DNA of 64,000 nt from the human T2T-CHM13v2.0 reference genome, Homo sapiens, in assembly GCF_009914755.1 (NCBI RefSeq), contig NC_060948.1; one strand, 5' to 3'. The stretch's first letter is position 1, and every line of letters starts with the position of its first letter. The position numbers were made by a program, and so were the translations under genes. The notes under the pieces were generated by a model. The model was not told the origin of the DNA. It saw only the letters and a list, made by a program, of their open reading frames with translations, and did no database searches. Shown piece by piece: positions 14,197-28,368 of this stretch.

Positions 14197-17100
14197 GGAC
14201 TCCAATGGAATGGATTCAAAAGGAATGGAATCGTACGGAATGGAATCTAATGGAATGGAATTAAATGGAAATGAATCAAATTGAATAGCATGGAATTGAA
14301 TTGAATGGAATCGAATGCAATGGAATCTAATGAAACGGAAAGGAAAGGAATGGAATGGAATGGAATGGGCTGGAATGGAAAGGAATCGAAACGAATGGAA
14401 TGGAATCGAACTGAAGAGACTGGAATGGAATGCACTGGAATGGAAGGGAGTGTAATGGAAGGTTCTCGAAAAAAATGGAATCGAATGGAATGGAATTGAA
14501 TGGAACGGAATAGAGTCGAATGGAATTGAATGGAATGGAATGGACTAGAGTGAAATGGAATCGAACCACAAGGAATGGACAGGAATAGAATGGTCTCGAA
14601 TTGAATGGAATCGTATGGAATGGCATCAAACGGAATGGAATGGACAGCCACGGAATGGAATGCACTCGAATGCAATGGAGTCGAAACTAATGGACTGGAA
14701 TAGAATGGACTCGACTGGTACGGACTCCAATGGAATGGAATCGAATGGAAGGGAATCGAACGGAATGGACTCGAAGGGAAAAGACTGCAATGGAAAGGTC
14801 TCGAATGGAATGGAAATTAATGGAATGGAATGGAATCGAATGAAATGGAGTCAAAAGGAATGGAATCGAATGGCAAGAAATCGAATGTAATGGAATGGCA
14901 AGGAATTGATGTGAACGGAACGGAATGGAATGGAATCCAAAGGAATGGAATAGAATGGAATGGAATCGAATGGAAAGGACTCGAATGGAAATCACTGGAA
15001 TAGAATGCAATTTAATAAAATAGGATCAAATGTAATGGAATGGAATGGAAAGGAATCGAAACGAAAGGAATGGAGACAGATGGAATGGAATGGAACAGAG
15101 AGCAATGGTATAGAATGGAATGGAATCATCTGGAATGGAATTGAATGGAATGGAATAATATGAAATGGAATGGAATGGAATGGAATGGAATGCCCTTGAA
15201 TTAAATGGACTGGAATGGAATGGACTCGAACAGAGTGGAATGGAAAGTGTTGAGATAGAATGGAATGGACTCCTTTGGAATGGTGTAGTATGCAATGCAA
15301 TCGACTGGCAGGGAATCAAAAGGAATGTAATGGAATGGACTGGACTGGAATGCAATGGACTCGAATAGATTGGAAACGGAATGCAAAGGAATGGAATGGA
15401 ATAGTATGGAATGGAATGGAAAGGAATGGAGTGGAATAGACTAGAGTGGAATGGAATGGACTGGAAAGCAATGGACTGGAATGGAACTTTCTTGAATGGA
15501 CTGGAATCAAACGGAATGGAATGCAATGCAATCAAATGGCATGGAATAAAATAGAATGAAAGAGAATCAAATGGAATTGAATCGAATGGAATCGAATGGA
15601 TTGGAAAGGAATAGAATGGAATGGAATGGAATTGACTCAAATGGAATGGACTAGAATGGAATGGATTCGAATGGAAGGCAAAGGAATGGAATCTATTGGA
15701 ATGGACTGTAATGGAATGGAATGGAAGGGATTGGAATGGACTCGAATGGAATGGACTGCAATAGAAAGGATTCGAATGGAATGAAAAAGAATTGAATGGA
15801 ATAGAACAGAATGGAATCAAATCGAATGAAATGGAATGGAATAGAAAGGAATGGAATGAAATGGAATGGAAAGGATTCGAATGGAATGCAATCGAATGGA
15901 ATGGAATCGAACGGAATGGAATAAAATGGAAGAAAACAGGCAAGAAATGGAATCGAAATGAATGGAGTGTTATGGAACGGACTCAAAAGGAATTGAATGT
16001 AATAGAATGGAGTGGAGTGGACTCGAATATAATGGACTGGAATGGAATGAAATCACATGGAATGGGAACGAATGGAATGGAATGGAAAGGAATGGAATCG
16101 AATGGAAAGGAATCGAATGGAAGGGAATGAAATTGAATCAACAGGAATGGAAGGGAATAGAATAGACGGTAATGGAATGGACTCGAATAGAATGGACACG
16201 AATGCTCAAATTGAATGGACTCGAATGGAATGGAAACGAAAGGAATGTCATCGAATGGAATTGAATCGATTGGAATGAAATCGCATAGAATGGAGTGGAA
16301 TCAAATGGAATTGAATCGAAAGGAAAGGAAGCGAATGGACTGAAATGAAATGGAATGGAATTGAATGGAAAGTAATGCAATTAAATAGAATGGAACGAAA
16401 TTTCACGGAATGGAATCAAACTGAATGGAATCAAATCAATGGAATCTAATCAAATGGAATGGAAAGGAATTGAATGGAGTAGATTGGATTGGATGGGATT
16501 GGAATGAAATGTACTGGAAAGGACTCGAATTTCATGAAACGGAATGGAATGAATTGGAACGGAATGGACTCGAATGGAATGGAATGTCATGGAATGGCAT
16601 CAAATGGAATGGCATCAAATGGAATGGAATCGAATGCAATGGAATGTTATGGAATGGAATGGAATGCATTGGAATGGAATGTCCTCTAATGGAATGGATT
16701 CGAGTGGAATGGAATCGAATATAATGGAGTCGAATGAAATGGAATTGAAAGGAATGGGATCGAATAGAATGGAATATACTGGAATGTAATGTAATGAACT
16801 CGAATGTAATTGACTGGAATGGAATGTACATGAATGGAATGTAATCGAATGGAAAGTAATCCAATGGAATAGATTCTAATGCAATAAAACCGACTCAGAT
16901 AGAGTAGAATGTAATGGAATGGAGTGCAGTGCAATGGAATGGAATGGAATAGAATGCAATGGAATGGAATGGAATGGAATGGAATGGAATGGAATGGAAT
17001 GGAATGGGATGGAATGGTATGGAATGGATAGTAATGGACTGGAGTGAAATGGACTGGAAAGGAATGGACTCAAATTGAAAGGGCTCGAAAGGAATGGAGT

Positions 17101-17735
17101 CAAATGGAATGGTCTGGAATGGAATGAACACGAATGTAATGCAATCCAATAGAATGGAATCGAATGGCATGGAATATAAAGAAATGGAATCGGAGAGAAT
17201 GGAATTGAATGGAATGGGAACGAATGGAGTGAAATTGTATGCAGTAGAAGGGAATAGAATGGAATGCAAGCGAAAGGAAAGGAATGGATTGGAATGGAAT
17301 GGAATTCATTGGAATGGAAGGGAATGCAGTGTAATGGACAGGCCTGGAATAAAGTGGAATGCTACGGTCTCGAATGGAATAAAAATGTATGGAATGGAAT
17401 GCAATGAAATGGAATCGAATGTCATAGAATGTAATGGAATGCAACAAAATGGAATCCAAAATCATTGACTGGAAAGGCTAGGTGTCGAAAGGAATTGACT
17501 CCAATGGAATGGAATCGAATGGAATGGAAGTGAATAGAATCGAACTAAATCGAATGGAATGGAATTGATAGGAACGGAATGGAAAGGAATGCAATGATTT
17601 GGCTTGGAATGGAATCGAATGGCATCGAATGGAATGGAATGGAATGCAATGGAATGGAATGTATTAGAATGTAATGAACTTTAATGGAATGTACTCGAAT
17701 GGATTCGACTGGAATGGAATGTTCTGGAAGTGAAT
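14197..17735 (+). repeat. HOR unit 5 (3539 bp), B body with A-type end
   Basis: B markers up to ~16960, then CGGAG short form, GCTAGG and TTGGCTT. Confidence 0.88.
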
Positions 17736-20700
17736 GGACTCCAATGGAATGGATTCAAAAGGAATGGAATCGTACGGAATGGAATCTAATGGAATGGAAT
17801 TAAATGGAAATGAATCAAATTGAATAGCACGGAATTGAATTGAATGGAATGGAATGCAATGGAATCTAATGAAACGGAAAGGAAAGGAATGGAATGGAAT
17901 GGAATGGGCTGGAATGGAAAGGAATCGAAACGAATGGAATGGAATCGAACTGAAGAGACTGGAATGGAATGCACTGGAATGGAAGGGAGTGTAATGGAAG
18001 GTTCTCGAAAAAAATGGAATCGAATGGATTGGAATTGAATGGAACGGAATAGAGTCGAATGGAATTGAATGGAATGGAATGGACTAGAGTGAAATGGAAT
18101 CGAACCACAAGGAATGGACAGGAATAGAATGGTCTCGAATTGAATGGAATCGTATGGAATGGCATCAAACGGAATGGAATGGACAGCCACGGAATGGAAT
18201 GCACTCGAATGCAATGGAGTCGAAACTAATGGACTGGAATAGAATGGACTCGACTGGTACGGACTCCAATGGAATGGAATCGAATGGAAGGGAATCGAAC
18301 GGAATGGACTCGAAGGGAAAAGACTGCAATGGAAAGGTCTCGAATGGAATGGAAATTAATGGAATGGAATGGAATCGAATGAAATGGAGTCAAAAGGAAT
18401 GGAATCGAATGGCAAGAAATCGAATGTAATGGAATCGCAAGGAATTGATGTGAACGGAACGGAATGGAATGGAATCCAAACGAATGGAATAGAATGGAAT
18501 GGAATCGAATGGAAAGGACTCGAATGGAAATCACTCGAATAGAATGCAATTTAATAAAATAGGATCAAATGTAATGGAATGGAATGGAAAGGAATCGAAA
18601 CGAAAGGAATGGAGACAGATGGAATGGAATAGAACAGAGAGCAATGGTATAGAATGGAATGGAATCATCTGGAATGGAATTGAATGGAATGGAATAATAT
18701 GAAATGGAATGGAATGGAATGGAATGGAATGCCCTTGAATTAAATGGACTGGAATGGAATGGACTCGAACAGAGTGGAATGGAAAGTGTTGAGATAGAAT
18801 GGAATGGACTCCTTTGGAATGGTGTAGTATGCAATGCAATCGACTGGCAGGGAATCAAAAGGAATGTAATCGAATGGATTGGACTGGAATGCAATGGACT
18901 CGAATAGATTGCAAACGGAATGCAAAGGAATGGAATGGAATAGTATGGAATGGAATGGAAAGGAATGGAGTGGAATAGACTAGAGTGGAATGGAATGGAC
19001 TGGAAAGCAATGGACTGGAATGGAACTTTCTTGAATGGACTGGAATCAAACGGAATGGAATGCAATGCAATCAAAAGGCATGGAATAAAATAGAATGAAA
19101 GAGAATCAAATGGAATTGAATCGAATGGAATCGAATGGATTAGAAAGGAATAGAATGGAATGGAATGGAATGGACTCAAATGGAATGGACTAGAATGGAA
19201 TGGATTCGAATGGAAGGCAAAGGAATGGAATCTATTGGAATGGACTGTAATGGAATGGAATGGAAGGGATTGGAATGGACTCGAATGGAATGGACTGCAA
19301 TAGAAAGGATTCGAATGGAATGAAAAAGAATTGAATGGAATAGAACAGAATGGAATCAAATCGAATGAAATGGAATGGAATAGAAAGGAATGGAATGAAA
19401 TGGAATGGAAAGGATTCGAATGGAATGCAATCGAATGGAATGGAATCGAACGGAATGGAATAAAATGGAAGAAAACTGGCAAGAAATGGAATCGAAATGA
19501 ATGGAGTGTTATGGAACGGACTCAAAAGGAATTGAATGTAATAGAATGGAGTGGAGTGGACTCGAATATAATGGACTGGAATGGAATGAAATCACATGGA
19601 ATGGGAACGAATGGAATGGAATGGAAAGGAATGGAATCGAATGGAAAGGAATCGAATGGAAGGGAATGAAATTGAATCAACAGGAATGGAAGGGAATAGA
19701 ATAGACGGTAATGGAATGGACTCGAATAGAATGGACACGAATGCTCAAATTGAATGGACTCGAATGGAATGGAAACGAAAGGAATGTCATCGAATGGAAT
19801 TGAATCGATTGGAATGAAATCGCATAGAATCGAGTGGAATCAAATGGAATTGAATCGAAAGGAAAGGAAGCGAATGGACTGAAATGAAATGGAATGGAAT
19901 TGAATGGAAAGTAATGCAATGGAATAGAATGGAACGAAATTTCACAGAATGGAATCAAACTGAATGGAATCAAATCAATGGAATCAAATCAAATGGAATG
20001 GAAAGGAATTGAATGGAGTAGATTGGATTGGATGGGATTGGAATGAAATGTACTGGAAAGGACTCGAATTTCATGAAACGGAATGGAATGAATTGGAACG
20101 GAATGGACTCGAATGGAATGGAATGTCATGGAATGGCATCAAATGGAATGGCATCAAATGGAATGGAATCGAATGCAATGGAATGCTATGGAATGGAATG
20201 GAATGCATTGGAATGGAATGTCCTCTAATGGAATGGATTCGAGTGGAATGGAATCGAATATAATGGAGTCGAATGAAATGGAATTGAAAGGAATGGGATC
20301 GAATAGAATGGAATATACTGGAATGTAATGTAATGAACTCGAATGTAATTGACTGGAATGGAATATACATGAATGGAATGTAATCGAATGGAAAGTAATC
20401 CAATGGAATAGAATCTAATGCAATAAAATCGACTCAGATAGAGTAGAATGTAATGGAATGGAGTGCAGTGCAATGGAATGGAATGGAATGGAATGCAATT
20501 GAATGGAATGGAATGGAATGGAATGGAATGGAATGGGATGGAATGGTATGGAATGGATAGTAATGGACTGGAGTGAAATGGACTGGAAAGGAATGGACTC
20601 AAATTGAAAGGGCTCGAAAGGAATGGAGTCAAATGGAATGGTCTGGAATGGAATGAACACGAATGTAATGCAATCCAATAGAATGGAATCGAATGGCATG

Positions 20701-21279
20701 GAATATAAAGAAATGGAATCGGAGAGAATGGAATTGAATGGAATGGAATTGAATGGAATGGGAACGAATGGAGTGAAATTGTATGCAGTAGAAGGGAATA
20801 GAATGGAATGCAAGCGAAAGGAAAGGAATGGATTGGAAAGGAATGGAATTCATTGGAATGGAAGGGAATGTAGTGTAATGGACAGGCCTGGAATAAAGTG
20901 GAATGCTACGGTCTCGAATGGAATAAAAATGTATGGAATGGAATGCAATGAAATGGAATCGAATGTCATAGAATGTAATGGAATGCAACAAAATGGAATC
21001 CAAAATCATTGACTGGAAAGGCTAGGTGTCGAAAGGAATTGACTCCAATGGAATGGAATCGAATGGAATGGAAGTGAATATAATCGAACTAAATCGAATG
21101 GAATGGAATTGATAGGAACGGAATGGAAAGGAATGCAATGATTTGGCTTGGAATGGAATCGAATGGCATCGAATGGAATGGAATGGAATGCAATGGAATG
21201 GAATGTATTAGAATGTAATGAACTTTAATGGAATGTACTCGAATGGATTCGACTGGAATGGAATGTTCTGGAAGTGAAT
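17736..21279 (+). repeat. HOR unit 6 (3544 bp), mostly type A, mosaic
   Basis: Start like unit 2 (GGATTGGAATTG), A markers in the middle, intermediate-length (+15 bp) CGGAG segment. Confidence 0.88.
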
Positions 21280-24200
21280 GGACTCCAATGGAATGGATTC
21301 AAAAGGAATGGAATCGTACGGAATGGAATCTAATGGAATGGAATTAAATGGAAATGAATCAAATTGAATAGCACGGAATTGAATTGAATGGAATGGAATG
21401 CAATGGAATCTAATGAAACGGAAAGGAAAGGAATGGAATGGAATGGAATGGGCTGGAATGGAAAGGAATCGAAACGAATGGAATGGAATCGAACTGAAGA
21501 GACTGGAATGGAATGCACTGGAATGGAAGGGAGTGTAATGGAAGGTTCTCGAAAAAAATGGAATCGAATGGATTGGAATTGAATGGAACGGAATAGAGTC
21601 GAATGGAATTGAATGGAATGGAATGGACTAGAGTGAAATGGAATCGAACCACAAGGAATGGACAGGAATAGAATGGTCTCGAATTGAATGGAATCGTATG
21701 GAATGGCATCAAACGGAATGGAATGGACAGCCACGGAATGGAATGCACTCGAATGCAATGGAGTCGAAACTAATGGACTGGAATAGAATGGACTCGACTG
21801 GTACGGACTCCAATGGAATGGAATCGAATGGAAGGGAATCGAACGGAATGGACTCGAAGGGAAAAGACTGCAATGGAAAGGTCTCGAATGGAATGGAAAT
21901 TAATGGAATGGAATGGAATCGAATGAAATGGAGTCAAAAGGAATGGAATCGAATGGCAAGAAATCGAATGTAATGGAATCGCAAGGAATTGATGTGAACG
22001 GAACGGAATGGAATGGAATCCAAAGGAATGGAATAGAATGGAATGGAATCGAATGGAAAGGACTCGAATGGAAATCACTCGAATAGAATGCAATTTAATA
22101 AAATAGGATCAAATGTAATGGAATGGAATGGAAAGGAATCGAAACGAAAGGAATGGAGACAGATGGAATGGAATGGAACAGAGAGCAATGGTATAGAATG
22201 GAATGGAATCATCTGGAATGGAATTGAATGGAATGGAATAATATGAAACGGAATGGAATGGAATGGAATGGAATGCCCTTGAATTAAATGGACTGGAATG
22301 GAATGGACTCGAACAGAGTGGAATGGAAAGTGTTGAGATAGAATGGAATGGACTCCTTTGGAATGGTGTAGTATGCAATGCAATCGACTGGCAGGGAATC
22401 AAAAGGAATGTAATGGAATGGACTGGACTGGAATGCAATGGACTCGAATAGATTGGAAACGGAATGCAAAGGAATGGAATGGAATAGTATGGAATGGAAT
22501 GGAAAGGAATGGAGTGGAATAGACTAGAGTGGAATGGAATGGACTGGAAAGCAATGGACTGGAATGGAATTTTCTTGAATGGACTGGAATCAAACGGAAT
22601 GGAATGCAATGCAATCAAATGGCATGGAATAAAATAGAATGAAAGAGAATGAAATGGAATTGAATCGAATGGAATCGAATGGATTGGAAAGGAATAGAAT
22701 GGAATGGAATGGAATGGACTCAAATGGAATGGACTAGAATGGAATGGATTCGAATGGAAGGCAAAGGAATGGAATCTATTGGAATGGACTGTAATGGAAT
22801 GGAATGGAAGGGATTGGAATGGACTGCAATAGAAAGGATTCGAATGGAATGAAAAAGAATTGAATGGAATAGAACAGAATGGAATCAAATCGAATGAAAT
22901 GGAATGGAATAGAAAGGAATGGAATGAAATGGAATGGAAAGGATTCGAATGGAATGCAATCGAATGGAATGGAATCGAACGGAATGGAATAAAATGGAAG
23001 AAAACTGGCAAGAAATGGAATCGAAATGAATGGAGTGTTATGGAACGGACTCAAAAGGAATTGAATGTAATAGAATGGAGTGGAGTGGACTCGAATATAA
23101 TGGACTGGACTGGAATGAAATCACATGGAATGGGAACGAATGGAATGGAATGGAAAGGAATGGAATCGAATGGAAAGGAATCGAATGGAAGGGAATGAAA
23201 TTGAATCAACAGGAATGGAAGGGAATAGAATAGACGGTAATGGAATGGACTCGAATAGAATGGACACGAATGCTCAAATTGAATGGACTCGAATGGAATG
23301 GAAACGAAAGGAATGTCATCGAATGGAATTGAATCGATTGGAATGAAATCGCATAGAATGGAGTGGAATCAAATGGAATTGAATCGAAAGGAAAGGAAGC
23401 GAATGGACTGAAATGAAATGGAATGGAATTGAATGGAAAGTAATGCAATGGAATAGAATGGAACGAAATTTCACGGAATGGAATCAAACTGAATGGAATC
23501 AAATCAATGGAATCAAATCAAATGGAATGGAAAGGAATTGAATGGAGTAGATTGGATTGGATGGGATTGGAATGAAATGTACTGGAAAGGACTCGAATTT
23601 CATAAAACGGAATGGAATGAATTGGAACGGAATGGACTCGAATGGAATGGAATGTCATGGAATGGCATCAAATGGAATGGCATCAAATGGAATGGAATCG
23701 AATGCAATGGAATGCTATGGAATGGAATGGAATGCATTGGAATGGAATGTCCTCTAATGGAATGGATTCGAGCGGAATGGAATCGAATATAATGGAGTCG
23801 AATGAAATGGAATTGAAAGGAATGGGATCGAATACAATGGAATATACTGGAATGTAATGTAATGAACTCGAATGTAATTGACTGGAATGGAATGTACATG
23901 AATGGAATGTAATCGAATGGAAAGTAATCCAATGGAATAGAATCTAATGCAATAAAATCGACTCAGATAGAGTAGAATGTAATGGAATGGAGTGCAGTGC
24001 AATGGAATGGAATGGAATGGAATGCAATGGAATGGAATGGAATGGAATGGAATGGAATGGAATTGAATGGGATGGAATGGTATGGAATGGACAGTAATGG
24101 ACTGGAGTGAAATGGACTGCAAAGGAATGGACTCAAATTGAAAGGGCTCGAAAGGAATGGAGACAAATGGAATGGTCTGGAATGGAATGAACACGAATGT

Positions 24201-24828
24201 AATGCAATCCAATAGAATGGAGTCGAATGGCATGGAATATAAAGAAATGGAATCGAAGAGAATGGAAACAAATGGAATGGAATTGAATGGAATGGAATTG
24301 AATGGAATGGGAACGAATGGAGTGAAATTGTATGCAGTAGAAGAGAATAGAATGGAATGCAAGCGAAAGGAAAGGAATGGATTGGAATGGAATGGAATTC
24401 ATTGGAATGGAAGGGAATGTAGTGTAATGGACAGGCCTGGAATAAAGTGGAATGCTACGGTCTCGAATGGAATAAAAATGTATGGAATGGAATGCAATGA
24501 AACGGAATCGAATGTCATAGAATGTAATGGAATGCAACAAAATGGAATCCAAAATCATTGACTGGAAAGGCTGGGTGTCGAAAGGAATTGACTCCAATGG
24601 AATGGAATCGAATGGAATGGAAGTGAATAGAATCGAACTAAATCGAATGGAATGGAATTGATAGGAACGGAATGGAAAGGAATGCAATGATTTGGCATGG
24701 AATGGAATCGAATGGCATCGAATGGAATGGAATGGAATGCAATGGAATGGAATGTATTAGAATGTAATGAACTTTAATGGAATGTACTCGAATGGATTCG
24801 ACTGGAATGGAATGTTCTGGAAGTGAAT
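21280..24828 (+). repeat. HOR unit 7 (3549 bp)
   Basis: Long form with a private 15-bp deletion at ~22825. Confidence 0.88.
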
Positions 24829-27800
24829 GGACTCCAATGGAATGGATTCAAAAGGAATGGAATCGTACGGAATGGAATCTAATGTAATGGAATTAAATGG
24901 AAATGAATCAAATTGAATAGCATGGAATTGAATTGAATGGAATCGAATGCAATGGAATCTAATGAAACGGAAAGGAAAGGAATGGAATGGAATGGAATGG
25001 GCTGGAATGGAAAGGAATCGAAACGAATGGAATGGAATCGAACTGAAGAGACTGGAATGGAATGCACTGGAATGGAAGGGAGTGTAATGGAAGGTTCTCG
25101 AAAAAAATGGAATCGAATGGAATGGAATTGAATGGAACGGAATAGAGTCGAATGGAATTGAATGGAATGGAATGGACTAGAGTGAAATGGAATCGAACCA
25201 CAAGGAATGGACAGGAATAGAATGGTCTCGAATTGAATGGAATCGTATGGAATGGCATCAAACGGAATGGAATGGACAGCCACGGAATGGAACGCACTCG
25301 AATGCAATGGAGTCGAAACTAATGGACTGGAATAGAATGGACTCGACTGGTACGGACTCCAATGGAATGGAATCGAATGGAAGGGAATCGAACGGAATGG
25401 ACTCGAAGGGAAAAGACTGCAATGGAAAGGTCTCGAATGGAATGGAAATTAATGGAATGGAATGGAATCGAATGAAATGGAGTCAAAAGGAATGGAATCG
25501 AATGGCAAGAAATCGAATGTAATGGAATCGCAAGGAATTGATGTGAACGGAACGGAATGGAATGGAATCCAAAGGAATGGAATAGAATGGAATGGAATCG
25601 AATGGAAAGGACTCGAATGGAAATCACTCGAATAGAATGCAATTTAATAAAATAGGATCAAATGTAATGGAATGGAATGGAAAGGAATCGAAACGAAAGG
25701 AATGGAGACAGATGGAATGGAATGGAACAGAGAGCAATGGTATAGAATGGAATGGAATCATCTGGAATGGAATTGAATGGAATGGAATAATATGAAATGG
25801 AATGGAATGGAATGGAATGGAATGCCCTTGAATTAAATGGACTGGAATGGAATGGACTCGAACAGAGTGGAATGGAAAGTGTTGAGATAGAATGGAATGG
25901 ACTCCTTTGGAATGGTGTAGTATGCAATGCAATCGACTGGCAGGGAATCAAAAGGAATGTAATGGAATGGACTGGACTGGAATGCAATGGACTCGAATAG
26001 ATTGGAAACGGAATGCAAAGGAATGGAATGGAATAGTATGGAATGGAATGGAAAGGAATGGAGTGGAATAGACTAGAGTGGAATGGAATGGACTGGAAAG
26101 CAATGGACTGGAATGGAACTTTCTTGAATGGACTGGAATCAAACGGAATGGAATGCAATGCAATCAAATGGCATGGAATAAAATAGAATGAAAGAGAATG
26201 AAATGGAATTGAATCGAATGGAATCGAATGGATTGGAAAGGAATAGAATGGAATGGAATGGAATTGACTCAAATGGAATGGATTCGAATGGAAGGCAAAG
26301 GAATGGAATCTATTGGAATGGACTGTAATGGAATGGAATGGAAGGGATTGGAATGGACTCGAATGGAATGGACTGCAATAGAAAGGATTCGAATGGAATG
26401 AAAAAGAATTGAATGGAATAGAACAGAATGGAATCAAATCGAATGAAATGGAATGGAATAGAAAGGAATGGAATGAAATGGAATGGAAAGGATTCGAATG
26501 GAATGCAATCGAATGGAATGGAATCGAACGGAATGGAATAAAATGGAAGAAAACTGGCAAGAAATGGAATCGAAAGGAAAGGAGTGTTATGGAACGGACT
26601 CAAAAGGAATTGTATGTAATAGAATGGAGTGGAGTGGACTCGAATATAATGGACTGGAATGGAATGAAATCACATGGAATGGGAACGAATGGAATGGAAT
26701 GGAAAGGAATGGAATCGAATGGAAAGGAATGGAATGGAAGGGAATGAAATTGAATCAACAGGAATGGAAGGGAATAGAATAGACGGTAATGGAATGGACT
26801 CGAATAGAATGGACACGAATGCTCAAATTGAATGGACTCGAATGGAATGGAAACGAAAGGAATGTCATCGAATGGAATTGAATCGATTGGAATGAAATCG
26901 CATAGAATGGAGTGGAATCAAATGGAATTGAATCGAAAGGAAAGGAAGCGAATGGACTGAAATGAAATGGAATGGAATTGAATGGAAAGTAATGCAATGG
27001 AATAGAATGGAACGAAATTTCACGGAATGGAATCAAACTGAATGGAATCAAATCAATGGAATCAAATCAAATGGAATGGAAAGGAATTGAATGGAGTAGA
27101 TTGGATTGGATGGGATTGGAATGAAATGTACTGGAAAGGACTCGAATTTCATGAAACAGAATGGAATGAATTGGAACGGAATGGACTCGAATGGAATGGA
27201 ATGTCATGGAATGGCATCAAATGGAATGGCATCAAATGGAATGGAATCGAATGCAATGGAATGCTATGGAATGGAATGGAATGCATTGGAATGGAATGTC
27301 CTCTAATGGAATGGATTCGAGTGGAATGGAATCGAATATAATGGAGTCGAATGAAATGGAATTGAAAGGAATGGGATCGAATACAATGGAATATACTGGA
27401 ATGTAATGTAATGAACTCGAATGTAATTGACTGGAATGGAATGTACATGAATGGAATGTAATCGAATGGAAAGTAATCAAATGGAATAGAATCTAATGCA
27501 ATAAAATCGACTCAGATAGAGTAGAATGTAATGGAATGGAGTGCAGTGCAATGCAATGGAATGGAATGGAATGCTATGGAATGGAATGGAATGGAATGGA
27601 ATGGAATGGGATGGAATGGTATGGAATGGATAGTAATGGACTGGAGTGAAAATGGACTGCAAAGGAATGGACTCAAATTGAAAGGGCTCGAAAGGAATGG
27701 ATTCAAATGGAATGGTCTGGAATGGAATGAACACGAAAGTAATGCAATCCAATAGAATGGAATCGAATGGCATGGAATATAAAGAAATGGAATCGAAGAG

Positions 27801-28368
27801 AATGGAAACAAATGGAATGGAATTGAATGGAATGGAATTGAATGGAAAGGGAACGAATGGAGTGAAATTGTATGCAGTAGAAGGGAATAGAATGGAATGC
27901 AAGCGAAAGGAAAGGAATGGATTGGAATGGAATGGAATTCATTGGAATGGAAGGGAATGTAGTGTAATGGACAGGCCTGGAATAAAGTGGAATGCTACGG
28001 TCTCGAATGGAATAAAAATGTATGGAATGGAATGCAATGAAACGGAATCGAATGTCATAGAATGTAATGGAATGCAAAAAAATGGAATCCAAAATCATTG
28101 ACTGGAAAGGCTGGGTGTCGAAAGGAATTGACTCCAATGGAATGGAATCGAATGGAATGGAAGTGAATAGAATCGAACTAAATCGAATGGAATGGAATTG
28201 ATAGGAACGGAATGGAAAGGAATGCAATGATTTGGCATGGAATGGAATCGAATGGCATCGAATGGAATGGAATGGAATGCAATGGAATGGAATGTATTAG
28301 AATGTAATGAACTTTAATGGAATGTACTCGAATGGATTCGACTGGAATGGAATGTTCTGGAAGTGAAT
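24829..28368 (+). repeat. HOR unit 8 (3540 bp)
   Basis: Private 15-bp deletion at ~26279 and a 1-bp A insertion at 27649-27652. Confidence 0.88.
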
